DNA from: a virus
Lineage: Duplodnaviria > Caudoviricetes
IMG/VR virus record: IMGVR_UViG_3300014832_000004
Coordinates: 16,871-80,870 of that record
DNA: 64,000 nt
Reading direction: 5' to 3' (one strand)
A model generated the notes under the pieces. It had not been told where the DNA came from. It made no database searches and worked only from the letters and a program-made list of their open reading frames with translations. Position numbers and translations under genes: made by a program. Positions 36,080-45,957 of the stretch are shown here, in pieces; position 1 is the stretch's first letter, and each line of letters begins with the position of its first letter.

Positions 36080-36361
36080 ATGGAAGTACAGCGGGAAAAA
36101 ACGGGACGATTCGGTGTTGGGAATCCAGGAAAGCCGAAAGGAGCCACGCGCAAGGTGACTCGCACCGCGCTTGAGGCTATTGCTCTCGCGGCAGACAAGC
36201 TTGGCGGCGCAGAGCGCCTTGTCGAGTGGGCGCAAGAAGACCCCGAGAACGAGCGTGCATTTTGGGTGCATATCTATCCCAAGCTTTTGCCGCTGCAGCT
36301 CACTGGCGCGGACGCGGGTCCGATCGAGTTTTCATGGTTGGAACACGCAGACAGGTCTTGA
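36080..36361 (+). CDS. Terminase small subunit
   Basis: GRF..GNPGKPKG; precedes large terminase. Confidence 0.7.
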   Translation: MEVQREKTGRFGVGNPGKPKGATRKVTRTALEAIALAADKLGGAERLVEWAQEDPENERAFWVHIYPKLLPLQLTGADAGPIEFSWLEHADRS

Positions 36362-37620
36362 TCCCCTACGCGCCGCGGCCGGCATTTGTGCCGTACCACA
36401 ATGCGCGATCAAGGTACGCGCTGACCGTGGCGCATCGTAGGGCAGGCAAGACCGTTGCGAGGATCAACCAGCTGATTCGGTCGGCCGCGTGCTGCAAGCT
36501 CAAGAGCCCGCGGTACGGGTATCTAGCGCCCTACTACATACAGGCCAAGGACATCGCATGGTCGTATCTCAAGCACTACTCGGCGCCAATCCTGGCATGC
36601 GGCGGGAAGATCAACGAATCTGAGCTGTCGGTCGTTTTCGGCCACAACGGCGCGCAGATCAGGCTCTACGGCGCCGAAAACGCAGAGCGTCTGCGCGGCC
36701 TGTACTTCGACGGGCTTGCCGCAGACGAGGCGCAGGATATCGCGCCATCGGTGCTGACGCAGATCATCCTTCCGGCGCTTGCAGACCGGCAGGGGTGGCT
36801 AGACCTGAGCGGCACGCCAAAGGGATGGGGAAACTTGCTCGGGGCGACTTACAAGCGAGCGGTGGACGACCAGGAGTGGTTTGTGCAGGTGCTTAAGGCC
36901 AGCGACACCGGGATCATCCCGCAGGACGAGTTGGATCGGATGCGCAAGGCGATGCCAGAGAACGAATATCAGCAAGAGTTCGAGTGCTCGTTTGATGCGG
37001 CTATCACCGGCGCTTACTACGCGCAGGAATTGCGCAAAGCTGACGATGATGGCCGCGTGGCTTCGGTCCCGGTTGATCGGATGCTCAAAGTCCACACCGC
37101 GTGGGACTTGGGCATGGCCGACTCAACGGCGATCTGGTTCTGGCAGCAGACCGGTCGAGAGATCCGATTTGTCGACTACTACGAGTCCAACGGTTTCGGA
37201 CTAGACCACTACGCCAGGGTGCTGCAGGAGCGTGGCTACCTGTATGGCACGCATTGGGCGCCACACGACATCCAGGTGCGAGAGATGGGCACCGGCAAGA
37301 GCCGGCTTGAGGTCGCCGAGGGCCTTGGTATTGCTTTCGAGATCGTGCCTCAGATCGGCATCAAGGATGGCATCGACGCGGCCCGGCTGATGGTGGATCG
37401 ATGCTGGTTTGACCGTACTCGGTGCGCCACAGGCCTGGATGCGATCCGACAGTACCGGGAAAAGATCGACGACAAGCGAGCGATCAGCATGGGGCCGCTG
37501 CACGACTGGACCAGCCACGCAGCGGATTCGTTCCGCTACGCGTGCGTCGCGATTCAGGAAAAAACGATCACTGCGCGGCCGGCTTTCGCAGGCGGATATG
37601 CAGGCGGATGGATGGGTTAA
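36334..37620 (+). CDS. Terminase large subunit
   Basis: HRRAGKT Walker A, DEAQD Walker B, TAWDLG, SHAADSFRY. Confidence 0.92.
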   Translation: MVGTRRQVLIPYAPRPAFVPYHNARSRYALTVAHRRAGKTVARINQLIRSAACCKLKSPRYGYLAPYYIQAKDIAWSYLKHYSAPILACGGKINESELSVVFGHNGAQIRLYGAENAERLRGLYFDGLAADEAQDIAPSVLTQIILPALADRQGWLDLSGTPKGWGNLLGATYKRAVDDQEWFVQVLKASDTGIIPQDELDRMRKAMPENEYQQEFECSFDAAITGAYYAQELRKADDDGRVASVPVDRMLKVHTAWDLGMADSTAIWFWQQTGREIRFVDYYESNGFGLDHYARVLQERGYLYGTHWAPHDIQVREMGTGKSRLEVAEGLGIAFEIVPQIGIKDGIDAARLMVDRCWFDRTRCATGLDAIRQYREKIDDKRAISMGPLHDWTSHAADSFRYACVAIQEKTITARPAFAGGYAGGWMG

Positions 37621-37958
37621 TGAGCACAACGCATATGCAGGATGGCCCGGCATCGCTGACGGTCGGGCCGTCGTCTGCTGTCCCGCCGCATATGCGCGGG
37701 CGAGTAATGGAGGTGTCAGCGGTGCACGTAGAACCAGAGTCGAGGCGCCATGGACACGCCACGGCGTTGCTGCGCATGGTGTGCGCAGATGCCGATCTGT
37801 CCGGGTTTGTGCTGCTTCTGTCGCCAGAACCTGAGGATGATGGGATGCCCATTGATGCGCTTGCAGCGTGGTATTCGCGGCTCGGGTTTGTGACGATCCA
37901 GGATGAGCCGATGCTGATGGCGCGCGCTCCCCGCCAGGCCTCGCGGGGGATGCATTGA
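37620..37958 (+). CDS. GNAT-like acetyltransferase
   Basis: VHVEPESRRHGHATALL..AWYSRLGF. Confidence 0.7.
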   Translation: MSTTHMQDGPASLTVGPSSAVPPHMRGRVMEVSAVHVEPESRRHGHATALLRMVCADADLSGFVLLLSPEPEDDGMPIDALAAWYSRLGFVTIQDEPMLMARAPRQASRGMH

Positions 37959-37960
37959 GC

Positions 37961-40072
37961 ATGGATGCAAACAAGGACGCGCCGGCTGACGGTTCTGACG
38001 ATGACGCCATCTTGGCAGAGGTGCAGAAGCGATTTCAGCTTTGCGAGGACTCGGAGCAGCAGAACCGGGCCGACGCGCTCAGCGATCTGAAATTCCTGTC
38101 AGGAGATCAGTGGCCTGAGCAGGCTAGGCGCAATCGCACGGCAGACCGCCAGCCGTGCCTGACGATCAACAAGACGTTGGCGTTCCTGCACCAGATCACA
38201 AACGACCAGCGGCAGAACAGGCCGAGCATCAAGGTGCACCCGGTCGATGACGACGCGGACGTGGACACGGCCGAGGTCATGCAGGGCCTGATTCGGCATA
38301 TCGAATATGCCAGCAACGCGGACGTGGCATATGACACCGCGGTGAACAGCGCTGCGGCGATCGGTTTCGGCTATTTCCGCATCGTCACTGACTATGCCGA
38401 CGACGACAGTTTTGACCAGGACATAAGGTTCCAACGCATCCGCAACGCGTTCACTGTCTACCTAGACCCGCACAGCCAGGAGCCGGACGGCAGCGACGCC
38501 GAGTTCGCCATCATCTATGACGACGTGTCTCGTGCTGAATTCCAGCGGCTATACCCTGACGCGGACGCGTCAAGTATCAGCGAGTTCGGACCTGGATGCG
38601 GCGCATCTCCGTGGATCAGCGAAGACTCGGTGCGCATCGCGGAGTATTACCGTGTTGAGCACGAGTCCGCCACGCTGGTGCGACTGTCAAACGGCGAAAG
38701 CGGCTGGAAAGACCATCTGCTCGGGCTTCCGCCGGGCGTGTCCATCGTCAAAACGCGCCAGAGCAGCCGGCGAAAGGTGTGCTGGTACAAAGTCACGGCT
38801 ACCGACGTGCTGGAGCGGAAAGACATCCCGTGCAAGTGGATTCCAGTTTTCCCGGTCTACGGTGAGGAAATAGACATCGATGGGCGCGTGATCCGCTCCG
38901 GGCTCGTCCGTCCAGCCAAAGACCCGGCGCAGATGTACAACTTTTGGATGACTGCGGCTACCGAAGAGGTTAGCCTGCGGCCAAAGGCGCCCTATATCGG
39001 CGCGGTCGGGCAGTTCGAGGGGCGCGAGAACGAGTGGGCGCAGGCCAACGTGCGCAGCATGCCGTACCTCGAATACGTGCCGAAGTCTGTAGGCGGCCAT
39101 CCGGCCCCGCCGCCAAGCCGGCAACCGATGGCCGATGTGCCGGTCGGGGTGCTGCAGATGGCCATGCATGCCAGCGACGACATCAAGGCATGCACCGGCA
39201 TCTTTGATGCATCCCTTGGCGCCCGTAGTAACGAAACCAGCGGGAGAGCAATCGTCGCGCGGCAGCGGCAGGGCGATGTCAGTAATTTCCACTTTGCTGA
39301 CAACCTCAACCGCACCATACGGCACGCCGGTCGCTGCCTGATGCAGATGATCCCGCGCATTTACGACACAGAGCGCGTCGTCCGAATTATGGGCGAAGAC
39401 CAGAGCCTGAGCCACGCACCGGTTAACAAGCCAATGGAGTCTCCCGAGGCCGACGAAAAAACGGGAACCATCAAGCGCGTGCTGAATGACCTGACGGTCG
39501 GCACCTACGACGTGACCGTTTCCGCTGGCCCGAGCTACAGCACGCTGCGCCAGGAAGCGGCCGACGCGATGATCCAATTCGGACAGTCGTGGCCGAAGCT
39601 GATGGACATTGCCGGCGACAAGGTGGTCCAGTCGATGGACTGGCCCGGCGCCGAAGAGATTGCCGAGCGCATCGCGCGCACAATCCCGCCCGAGATTCGA
39701 GACGACCCGGAAGATGGACAGCAGCAACAGCCGCTGCCGCCGCAGGTACAGCAGTTCATACAGCAGGCACAGGCGCATATCCAGCAGCTCGAACATGCGC
39801 TGCAGGAGTCGCAGAGCGGCATCGACAAAGAGCGCGTCAAGGCGCAGTCCGCAGAAAACGTCGCGCGCATCAATGCCGAAAGCCGGCAAGACGTGGAAGA
39901 AATCAAAGGCTGGATTGCGATGCTGGTGCAGCACATGCAACCGCCGCCAATGCTCGACGCAGCCGTCGCTTCAGACCAAGGCCCTCAAGACGAGGGCCTT
40001 TCTGTTTCTGGATCACCGAATACCGCACCGACGCCAGGCCCGGCGCCGGAACAAGCGCAGATGGGCCAGTAA
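37961..40072 (+). CDS. P22-like portal protein
   Basis: D..F.SGDQW, PCLTIN, ETSGRAI.ARQ.QG. Confidence 0.9.
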   Translation: MDANKDAPADGSDDDAILAEVQKRFQLCEDSEQQNRADALSDLKFLSGDQWPEQARRNRTADRQPCLTINKTLAFLHQITNDQRQNRPSIKVHPVDDDADVDTAEVMQGLIRHIEYASNADVAYDTAVNSAAAIGFGYFRIVTDYADDDSFDQDIRFQRIRNAFTVYLDPHSQEPDGSDAEFAIIYDDVSRAEFQRLYPDADASSISEFGPGCGASPWISEDSVRIAEYYRVEHESATLVRLSNGESGWKDHLLGLPPGVSIVKTRQSSRRKVCWYKVTATDVLERKDIPCKWIPVFPVYGEEIDIDGRVIRSGLVRPAKDPAQMYNFWMTAATEEVSLRPKAPYIGAVGQFEGRENEWAQANVRSMPYLEYVPKSVGGHPAPPPSRQPMADVPVGVLQMAMHASDDIKACTGIFDASLGARSNETSGRAIVARQRQGDVSNFHFADNLNRTIRHAGRCLMQMIPRIYDTERVVRIMGEDQSLSHAPVNKPMESPEADEKTGTIKRVLNDLTVGTYDVTVSAGPSYSTLRQEAADAMIQFGQSWPKLMDIAGDKVVQSMDWPGAEEIAERIARTIPPEIRDDPEDGQQQQPLPPQVQQFIQQAQAHIQQLEHALQESQSGIDKERVKAQSAENVARINAESRQDVEEIKGWIAMLVQHMQPPPMLDAAVASDQGPQDEGLSVSGSPNTAPTPGPAPEQAQMGQ

Positions 40073-40090
40073 TGACTCGTGGAGCACTCC

Positions 40091-40888
40091 ATGCCTGACG
40101 CAACAGAGCAGCAGCCAGTAATCACGCCCCCGGACGGCGCCGAAGCAAGCCCGGAAACCATTGCCGAAGATCCCGCATTCGACCCCTCCGAAGGGCATGA
40201 GGAGCCGGTCCAGGAAGAGAAGCCGAAGCCCAGGCGAAGCGCGCAGGAGCGCATCGACGAGATTACGCGCGCGCGTCACGACGCGGAGCGCGAGGCTGAA
40301 TTCTGGCGTCAGAAAGCGCTCGCCAAGCCTGAGCCGCCAGCGAACAAGCCGTCCGCTGACCAGTACAAGGACTATGGCGAGTATGTCGAGGCCCTTGCGG
40401 ACTGGAAGGCGGATCAGCGAGTCAACGCGGCGCTAGCAAAGCGCGACGCGGAGCGTGCCAGCGAGGCCGATGGCCGCGCGAAGACCGCTGGAACGCAGGC
40501 ATGGAACGAACGGCAGGCCGCCGCCCGCGAAACGATCAAGGACTATGACGATGTTATCGGCAAGTCATCGATCGAAGTCGCGCCGCACGTGATTCAGGCC
40601 CTGCTCGACAGCGAGCGAGGCCCCGAGGTGGCGTATCACCTCGCGAAGAACCCCGAACAAGCAGCACGGCTAAACGGGCTTTCGCCGCTATCAGCGGCGC
40701 GTGAAATTGGGCGTCTCGAAGCGTCCGTTTCGGGGTCGCCATCGCCAGTTGTCAAGCCCGTCAGCAACGCCCCGGAGCCGATTACGCCAATCCGTGGGGG
40801 AGTTACCAATTCCGCCGATCCAGCAGACATGAGCATGGCGCAGTACAGGGCCATGCGCGCCAAACAGGGCGCCCGTTGGGCTCGGTAA
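40091..40888 (+). CDS. Scaffolding protein
   Basis: AQERIDEIT, GPEVAYHLAKNP; between portal and capsid. Confidence 0.8.
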   Translation: MPDATEQQPVITPPDGAEASPETIAEDPAFDPSEGHEEPVQEEKPKPRRSAQERIDEITRARHDAEREAEFWRQKALAKPEPPANKPSADQYKDYGEYVEALADWKADQRVNAALAKRDAERASEADGRAKTAGTQAWNERQAAARETIKDYDDVIGKSSIEVAPHVIQALLDSERGPEVAYHLAKNPEQAARLNGLSPLSAAREIGRLEASVSGSPSPVVKPVSNAPEPITPIRGGVTNSADPADMSMAQYRAMRAKQGARWAR

Positions 40889-40919
40889 TCAACTCGCATT
40901 TACAAGGAAATTTTGAAAA

Positions 40920-42125
40920 ATGAGCAATACGCTTATCACCTGTAGCATCGTCGCCAAGGAAGCATTGGCGATCCTCGAAAACATGCTGTCGTTTTCCGGC
41001 ATGGTCAATCGTGACTGGCAGGACGAGTTCACGGGCAACCAGTCGCGCGGCTATTCGCCGGGCCAAACGATCAACATCAAGCGCCCGCCGCGCTACACGT
41101 ATCGTGCCGGCCGTGTTGCCGCCCCGCAATCGACCGTCGAAACGACCGTTCCGCTGACGCTCTCCCAGGGCGGATGCGATCTGAATTTCACTTCGCTGGA
41201 GCGCACCGTCAGCATTCAGCAAATGGAGAGTAAGCTGCAAGCTGCCGTTGCCGCTGTGTGCAACGAGATCGACCGGCAAGGGCTGCAGCTCGCGCACTAT
41301 TCGACCTATAACTGCATCGGCACTCCCGGCACGCTGCCGACAACGCAGGCTCTGGCCATGGCCGCCATTACCGGCGCCAATCAGCGTCTTGACGAAATGG
41401 GCGCTCCCCGCGACAAGCAGCGCGGACTGGTCATGAACCCGGCTCTAAACGGCGCTATCGTCCAGGGCTTCGCTGGCATGTTCAACAGTCAGGACAGGCT
41501 ATCAAAGCAGTTCGGTTCTGGCATGGTGGTTGACTCGCTCGGCTTGACCTACGCGATGGACCAGAACGTCGACGTTCACACCAACGGCGCTCAAGCCGTC
41601 ACAGGTACGGCGTGCTCTGCCGGACTTTCTGGCGCTTCGATTGCCTGCGGCGCACTGGCAAACCCGATCACGCGCGGCACCATCGTGCAGTTCCCAGGCG
41701 TCTATGCGGTTAATCCGCAGTCGCGGGTATCGACCGGCGTGCTGGCGCAGTTCGTCATTACGGCCGACCTGGCAGGCGGCGCTACAGCGCTTCCGATCAG
41801 CCCCGCTCTGACTCCTACTGGCGCTTTCCAGAACGTCAGCAACGCCACCACGGCGGCGAACTTCACCATTTTCGGCACAGCCTCGGGCGCATACTCGACC
41901 AACGTCGCGTTCCATAAGGACGCATTTACGCTGGCCATGGTGCCGATGTGGTCGCCACCTGGCGGCAAGGGCGTCATCGATGTCAAGCAGGTGTCGGACC
42001 AGGGGCTGACGGTCAAGGTAACCGAGTTCTACGACGGAGTGAACGACAACAGCATCATGCGCCTGGACGTGCTTTTCGGGTGGGCTGCGACCTATCCCGA
42101 GCTGTCCGTCAAGTACGCGACCTGA
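40920..42125 (+). CDS. P22-like major capsid protein
   Basis: 401 aa after scaffold; RLDVLFGW near C-terminus. Confidence 0.88.
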   Translation: MSNTLITCSIVAKEALAILENMLSFSGMVNRDWQDEFTGNQSRGYSPGQTINIKRPPRYTYRAGRVAAPQSTVETTVPLTLSQGGCDLNFTSLERTVSIQQMESKLQAAVAAVCNEIDRQGLQLAHYSTYNCIGTPGTLPTTQALAMAAITGANQRLDEMGAPRDKQRGLVMNPALNGAIVQGFAGMFNSQDRLSKQFGSGMVVDSLGLTYAMDQNVDVHTNGAQAVTGTACSAGLSGASIACGALANPITRGTIVQFPGVYAVNPQSRVSTGVLAQFVITADLAGGATALPISPALTPTGAFQNVSNATTAANFTIFGTASGAYSTNVAFHKDAFTLAMVPMWSPPGGKGVIDVKQVSDQGLTVKVTEFYDGVNDNSIMRLDVLFGWAATYPELSVKYAT

Positions 42126-42156
42126 TTCGCATTTCTGATCATCAAGGAGCTACAAC

Positions 42157-42552
42157 ATGATTTTGCTTGCCAAAAGTTACGCCGGTTACGCGGCCGGAAC
42201 CATCGTCCAACTGTCGACGCAGGAAGAGGCGGCGCTGATTGCGCAAGGGCTTGCGTCCACTTCTGCTGGACCAGTCACGGCGGGAGCTGTGACGACATCG
42301 AAGACGCAAGGACGTGCCGGCATCGCTGCGGCAGGTACGTCGGTGGTCGTTAGCAACCCGGCTTTTACGGCAGAGTCGCGGTTCGCCGCGTACCTGTCAA
42401 ACTCCAGTGCGGATGCGACGGCTCTGTATATAACCCGCATCGTCCCCGCTGCCGGGCAGGTGACTTTCGTCGTCAACGCCGCTGCAACGGCCGCAGTGGC
42501 GATCGATTGGGCGCAACTGAGCGTTAGCGGACTTCTGACTCCGCAGGCATAA
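42157..42552 (+). CDS. Probable head decoration protein
   Basis: Position and beta-rich composition. Confidence 0.5.
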   Translation: MILLAKSYAGYAAGTIVQLSTQEEAALIAQGLASTSAGPVTAGAVTTSKTQGRAGIAAAGTSVVVSNPAFTAESRFAAYLSNSSADATALYITRIVPAAGQVTFVVNAAATAAVAIDWAQLSVSGLLTPQA

Positions 42553-42555
42553 CAA

Positions 42556-43260
42556 ATGACAACGGCGCTCGACCTGATCACGTCGTCAATGCGCTTGATC
42601 GGTGCCATAGCGTCCGGGGAAACGCCAACCGCCGACGAGGCAAATGACGCACTAGCAACGCTCAACGATATGATTTCGTCGTGGGCGTTGCGCAACCTGC
42701 TGGCCTATCAAAAGGTCAACAGCGCGCTAAGCCTCGTTGGCGGGACGCAGAGCTACACCATCGGAACCGGCGGCGCCTTCAACGTCGACCGGCCGATCAG
42801 CATCAATGGCGCGTTCGTCACGTCCAGCGGGGTTGATTTCCCGCTGCGCGTTCTGACGACGGAAGAATGGAATTCTATCGAGCTTAAAAGCTTCGCTGCC
42901 CCCATCCCAAATGCGGTTTACTACGTGCCAGCTTTCCCGCTCGGCACGGTCTGGATTTGGCCGTCGCCATCGCTGGCCATCCCTCTTACGCTATCGGTCA
43001 ATCTGCAGTTCGCGACGCTGTCCTCATTGGCGCAGACCATCAACTATCCTCCGGGTTACGCCAAGGCGATGCGCTATTGCCTCGCTGTTGAGCTGGCGCC
43101 GGAGTACGGCATAGAGCCAAGCCCCGCAGTTGTGAAGATCGCAGGCGACGAAATCGGAGCGATCAAGACAGCCAATGCGCAGCGCCCGGTATCGCGGTTC
43201 GATCCGGCGCTGGTCGGAGGCGCAGGAACCGGGCTTGCCGGCTTCATTGGCGGGTACTGA
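42556..43260 (+). CDS. Head-tail adaptor (P22 gp4 position)
   Basis: TALDLI..MRLIG..GETP..DAL..LN.M. Confidence 0.75.
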   Translation: MTTALDLITSSMRLIGAIASGETPTADEANDALATLNDMISSWALRNLLAYQKVNSALSLVGGTQSYTIGTGGAFNVDRPISINGAFVTSSGVDFPLRVLTTEEWNSIELKSFAAPIPNAVYYVPAFPLGTVWIWPSPSLAIPLTLSVNLQFATLSSLAQTINYPPGYAKAMRYCLAVELAPEYGIEPSPAVVKIAGDEIGAIKTANAQRPVSRFDPALVGGAGTGLAGFIGGY

Positions 43261-43262
43261 GC

Positions 43263-44696
43263 ATGCAAATCCCGTTCGTCGGCGCAGCTTACGAATCCCG
43301 CAGCGCCAACTTCGACGCGCAGCGCTGCGTCAACCTGTACCCTGAGCTGGCGCCCGCGCAGCCTCCGATTGGCGCGCCAACGGCCAAAAGCGTGTCGATG
43401 CTGGTCGGCACGCCAGGGCTTGCGCTGTGGGCCACCATGGGCGCCGCCGGCGGCATCCGGGCGCTTTACAGAACGACCAACAACCTGCTGATTGCCGTCC
43501 AGGGCAGCAGCGTATTCCTGATCGATGCCAACGGCACTGCGACGGCTGCCGGACAGCTTGGCACTGGATCCGGGCCGGTGTCGATCGTTGATAACGGAAG
43601 CACGGCGGCGCTCGCTGACGGCTATGCTTGGTCGCTATCGCTGTCAGTTGGTAGTCAGGTCGTCTCGCTTGGCGCGACGGCCAGCAGGGTGACATTCATC
43701 GACGGCTACTTCATCTTCCTGCGTCCGGGAACCGGGCAATTCTTCCTGTCCTCGATCAACTCTACCGTTCTGCCAGGCGCCGATTACGCCTCTGCCGAGG
43801 GCTGGCCAGACAACCTTGTTTCACTCATCGCCGATCACCGCGAGCTGTGGCTATTCGGCGAGGCGACGACCGAAGTATGGTTCAACTCTGGCGACGTCAA
43901 CTTCCCGTTCTCGCGCATCGAGGGCGCGTTTATGGAGGTTGGGTGCTCTGCCCCGTCGTCGGTCGCCAAGATCGACAACAGCATCTACTGGATGGGCAAG
44001 GACGAGCGAGGGCAGGGAACCATCTGGCGGGCGAACGGATACACCCCGCTGCGCATTTCTACGCACGCCATCGAGCACCAGATTTCCACGTACGCGCGCA
44101 TCGACGACGCGCAGGCTTTCGCCTACCAGCAGGCCGGCCATCCGTTCTACGTGCTGACACTCCCGACTGCCAACCGGACATGGGTTTATGACGTAGCAAC
44201 CGGGCTTTGGCACGAGCGCGCATGGCACGACGCAGACGGCATCGCGCACCGGCACCGCGCCTGCTGCTTCGCTTCGTTCGCCGGCCGCCCGCTGGTCGGC
44301 GACTGGCAGAACGGCAAGATTTACGCGTTCGACCTGGACACCTACACCGACAACGGCGACGCGATCCACAGGATCCGCACCTCCCCGCACGCCAGCAACC
44401 CGGATTACAACTGGATGTTTTGGTCGTCTTTGCAGATCGACCTAGAGCCCGGAACGGGCATTGACTCCGGACAGGGATCGGACCCGCAAGCGATGCTGCA
44501 GTGGTCCGACGACGGCGGCCACGTGTGGAGCAGCGAGCGCTGGTCGCCGATGGGAAAGACCGGACAATACCGAAACAGGGCGATCTGGAGCAGGCTCGGC
44601 AAGAGCCGTGACAGGGTGTTCAGGCTGACCATCACCGACCCGGTAAAAGTCGCCATATTGGGCGCATCGGCAACCGTAACAATCGGCAAAAACTGA
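43263..44696 (+). CDS. Tail hub / DNA stabilisation protein (P22 gp10-like)
   Basis: QRCVNLYPE, WSDDGGH.W, R.IW.RLG..RDRVF. Confidence 0.85.
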   Translation: MQIPFVGAAYESRSANFDAQRCVNLYPELAPAQPPIGAPTAKSVSMLVGTPGLALWATMGAAGGIRALYRTTNNLLIAVQGSSVFLIDANGTATAAGQLGTGSGPVSIVDNGSTAALADGYAWSLSLSVGSQVVSLGATASRVTFIDGYFIFLRPGTGQFFLSSINSTVLPGADYASAEGWPDNLVSLIADHRELWLFGEATTEVWFNSGDVNFPFSRIEGAFMEVGCSAPSSVAKIDNSIYWMGKDERGQGTIWRANGYTPLRISTHAIEHQISTYARIDDAQAFAYQQAGHPFYVLTLPTANRTWVYDVATGLWHERAWHDADGIAHRHRACCFASFAGRPLVGDWQNGKIYAFDLDTYTDNGDAIHRIRTSPHASNPDYNWMFWSSLQIDLEPGTGIDSGQGSDPQAMLQWSDDGGHVWSSERWSPMGKTGQYRNRAIWSRLGKSRDRVFRLTITDPVKVAILGASATVTIGKN

Positions 44697-44708
44697 GGAC
44701 TTCATCAC

Positions 44709-45164
44709 ATGGCAGCAGGCACTTTCACCATCTATTCCAAGAACAAGGACGACCTACGCATAAACGACTTGACCGGCGCGACCGTCAAGGCGGCGCTGGT
44801 GTCGTCGTCCTATACGCCAGACGTGTCGACTTCGGGGCACAGCGTTTGGGCCGACGTTTCAGCCAACGAGGTGTCCGGCAACGGCTGGACGGCAGGCGGC
44901 GAAACGCTGGCGTCGCTGGCGGCCACTGCCATTTCTGGCGGGTTCAAGTTCTCATCGGCAAGCCCGAGCAAGACGGCATCGGGAGGAAGCATCCCCGCTT
45001 TCCGCTACGCCGTGCTCTACGTGTCTGGCTCGATGTGGGGGATGACAAACCCACTGGTCGGATATTTCGTCGGCGACTCGACGCCAGCCGATATCCCGGC
45101 GACGACGGTAGGCAACACGCTGACGCTGACCTGCCCGTCAGGCGGGTGGTTCGATCTGGTCTAA
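44709..45164 (+). CDS. Minor tail/structural protein
   Basis: VKAALV...ANEVSG.G.TAGG pattern; late operon. Confidence 0.55.
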   Translation: MAAGTFTIYSKNKDDLRINDLTGATVKAALVSSSYTPDVSTSGHSVWADVSANEVSGNGWTAGGETLASLAATAISGGFKFSSASPSKTASGGSIPAFRYAVLYVSGSMWGMTNPLVGYFVGDSTPADIPATTVGNTLTLTCPSGGWFDLV

Positions 45165-45172
45165 GGGCGCAG

Positions 45173-45529
45173 ATGAGCACCCTGATGGACAGCGATCTGC
45201 TCAATGGGCGCCATTGGGCGATGTGGGAAGAGTGCGGCATCCAGTTTCGGTCGAACATGGTCGATGCTGTAGGCGGCTGCATCCCGCTGCACGTTCACAG
45301 CTATGCCAACGTGGCGCTGGTAACGCACGGCGTATTTCAGTGCTCGACCGTCGCCCAGGATGGCAGGCAAGAAAGTTTCCTTGTCTCCAGTAAGGGGTTC
45401 GACGTGCCCGATTCGCGTGGGTATCGGCTGGTTATTCCGGCTTGTTGTCAGCACACGTTCGTGCTTCTTGAGTCTGGCGGGAAGCCTGGAGAGGTACTGT
45501 GCTTCTGGCCTGCCGGGGGGGAGAAATAA
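45173..45529 (+). CDS. Cupin-like protein
   Basis: PLHVHSY..G..IPA..QHTF. Confidence 0.55.
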   Translation: MSTLMDSDLLNGRHWAMWEECGIQFRSNMVDAVGGCIPLHVHSYANVALVTHGVFQCSTVAQDGRQESFLVSSKGFDVPDSRGYRLVIPACCQHTFVLLESGGKPGEVLCFWPAGGEK

Positions 45530-45948
45530 TGGCTGTGCCATACACGCGACTGCAGGCGCTGAAGCTGCTGCTGCAGATCGAGCGCAACCTAAACGGCTTG
45601 CAGTTCGATTTCCGGGCGAACGCTACGACATGGAAAGCCGCCGCGCAGGCGCAAAGCATTCCCCGCGCAACGCTCGAATCCCAGATGAATTCAGCCGCCG
45701 CAGCATATCAGGAACGACTTGGCTGGCTTGGCACGCTGCAGGCGAATGGCGCCGTGTGGTCGGTCGTCGCCGACCTGTGGACGACGATCGGCGGCACCGG
45801 TGCCGAGTTCAACGACCTGATGACGCCATTCAACGCGGTGGCCAAAGGGCTCGGCCCTGCCGACAAAAGCACCTATTCCAAGATCATCACCGTCTGCAAC
45901 CAGATCCTGGCGACGATTGACGTGCCGCCGAGCCTCTGGCCCGAGTAA
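45529..45948 (+). CDS. Hypothetical protein
   Basis: TAATG coupling. Confidence 0.6.
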   Translation: MAVPYTRLQALKLLLQIERNLNGLQFDFRANATTWKAAAQAQSIPRATLESQMNSAAAAYQERLGWLGTLQANGAVWSVVADLWTTIGGTGAEFNDLMTPFNAVAKGLGPADKSTYSKIITVCNQILATIDVPPSLWPE

Positions 45949-45957
45949 CCGCGCGCC

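Noticed and set aside
38687-39940. Long antisense or alternate-frame ORFs (also 1973-3136, 9994-11013 and others)
   Set aside because: Shadow ORFs of high-GC genes with no motifs; only the overlap at 32072 carries a meaningful motif
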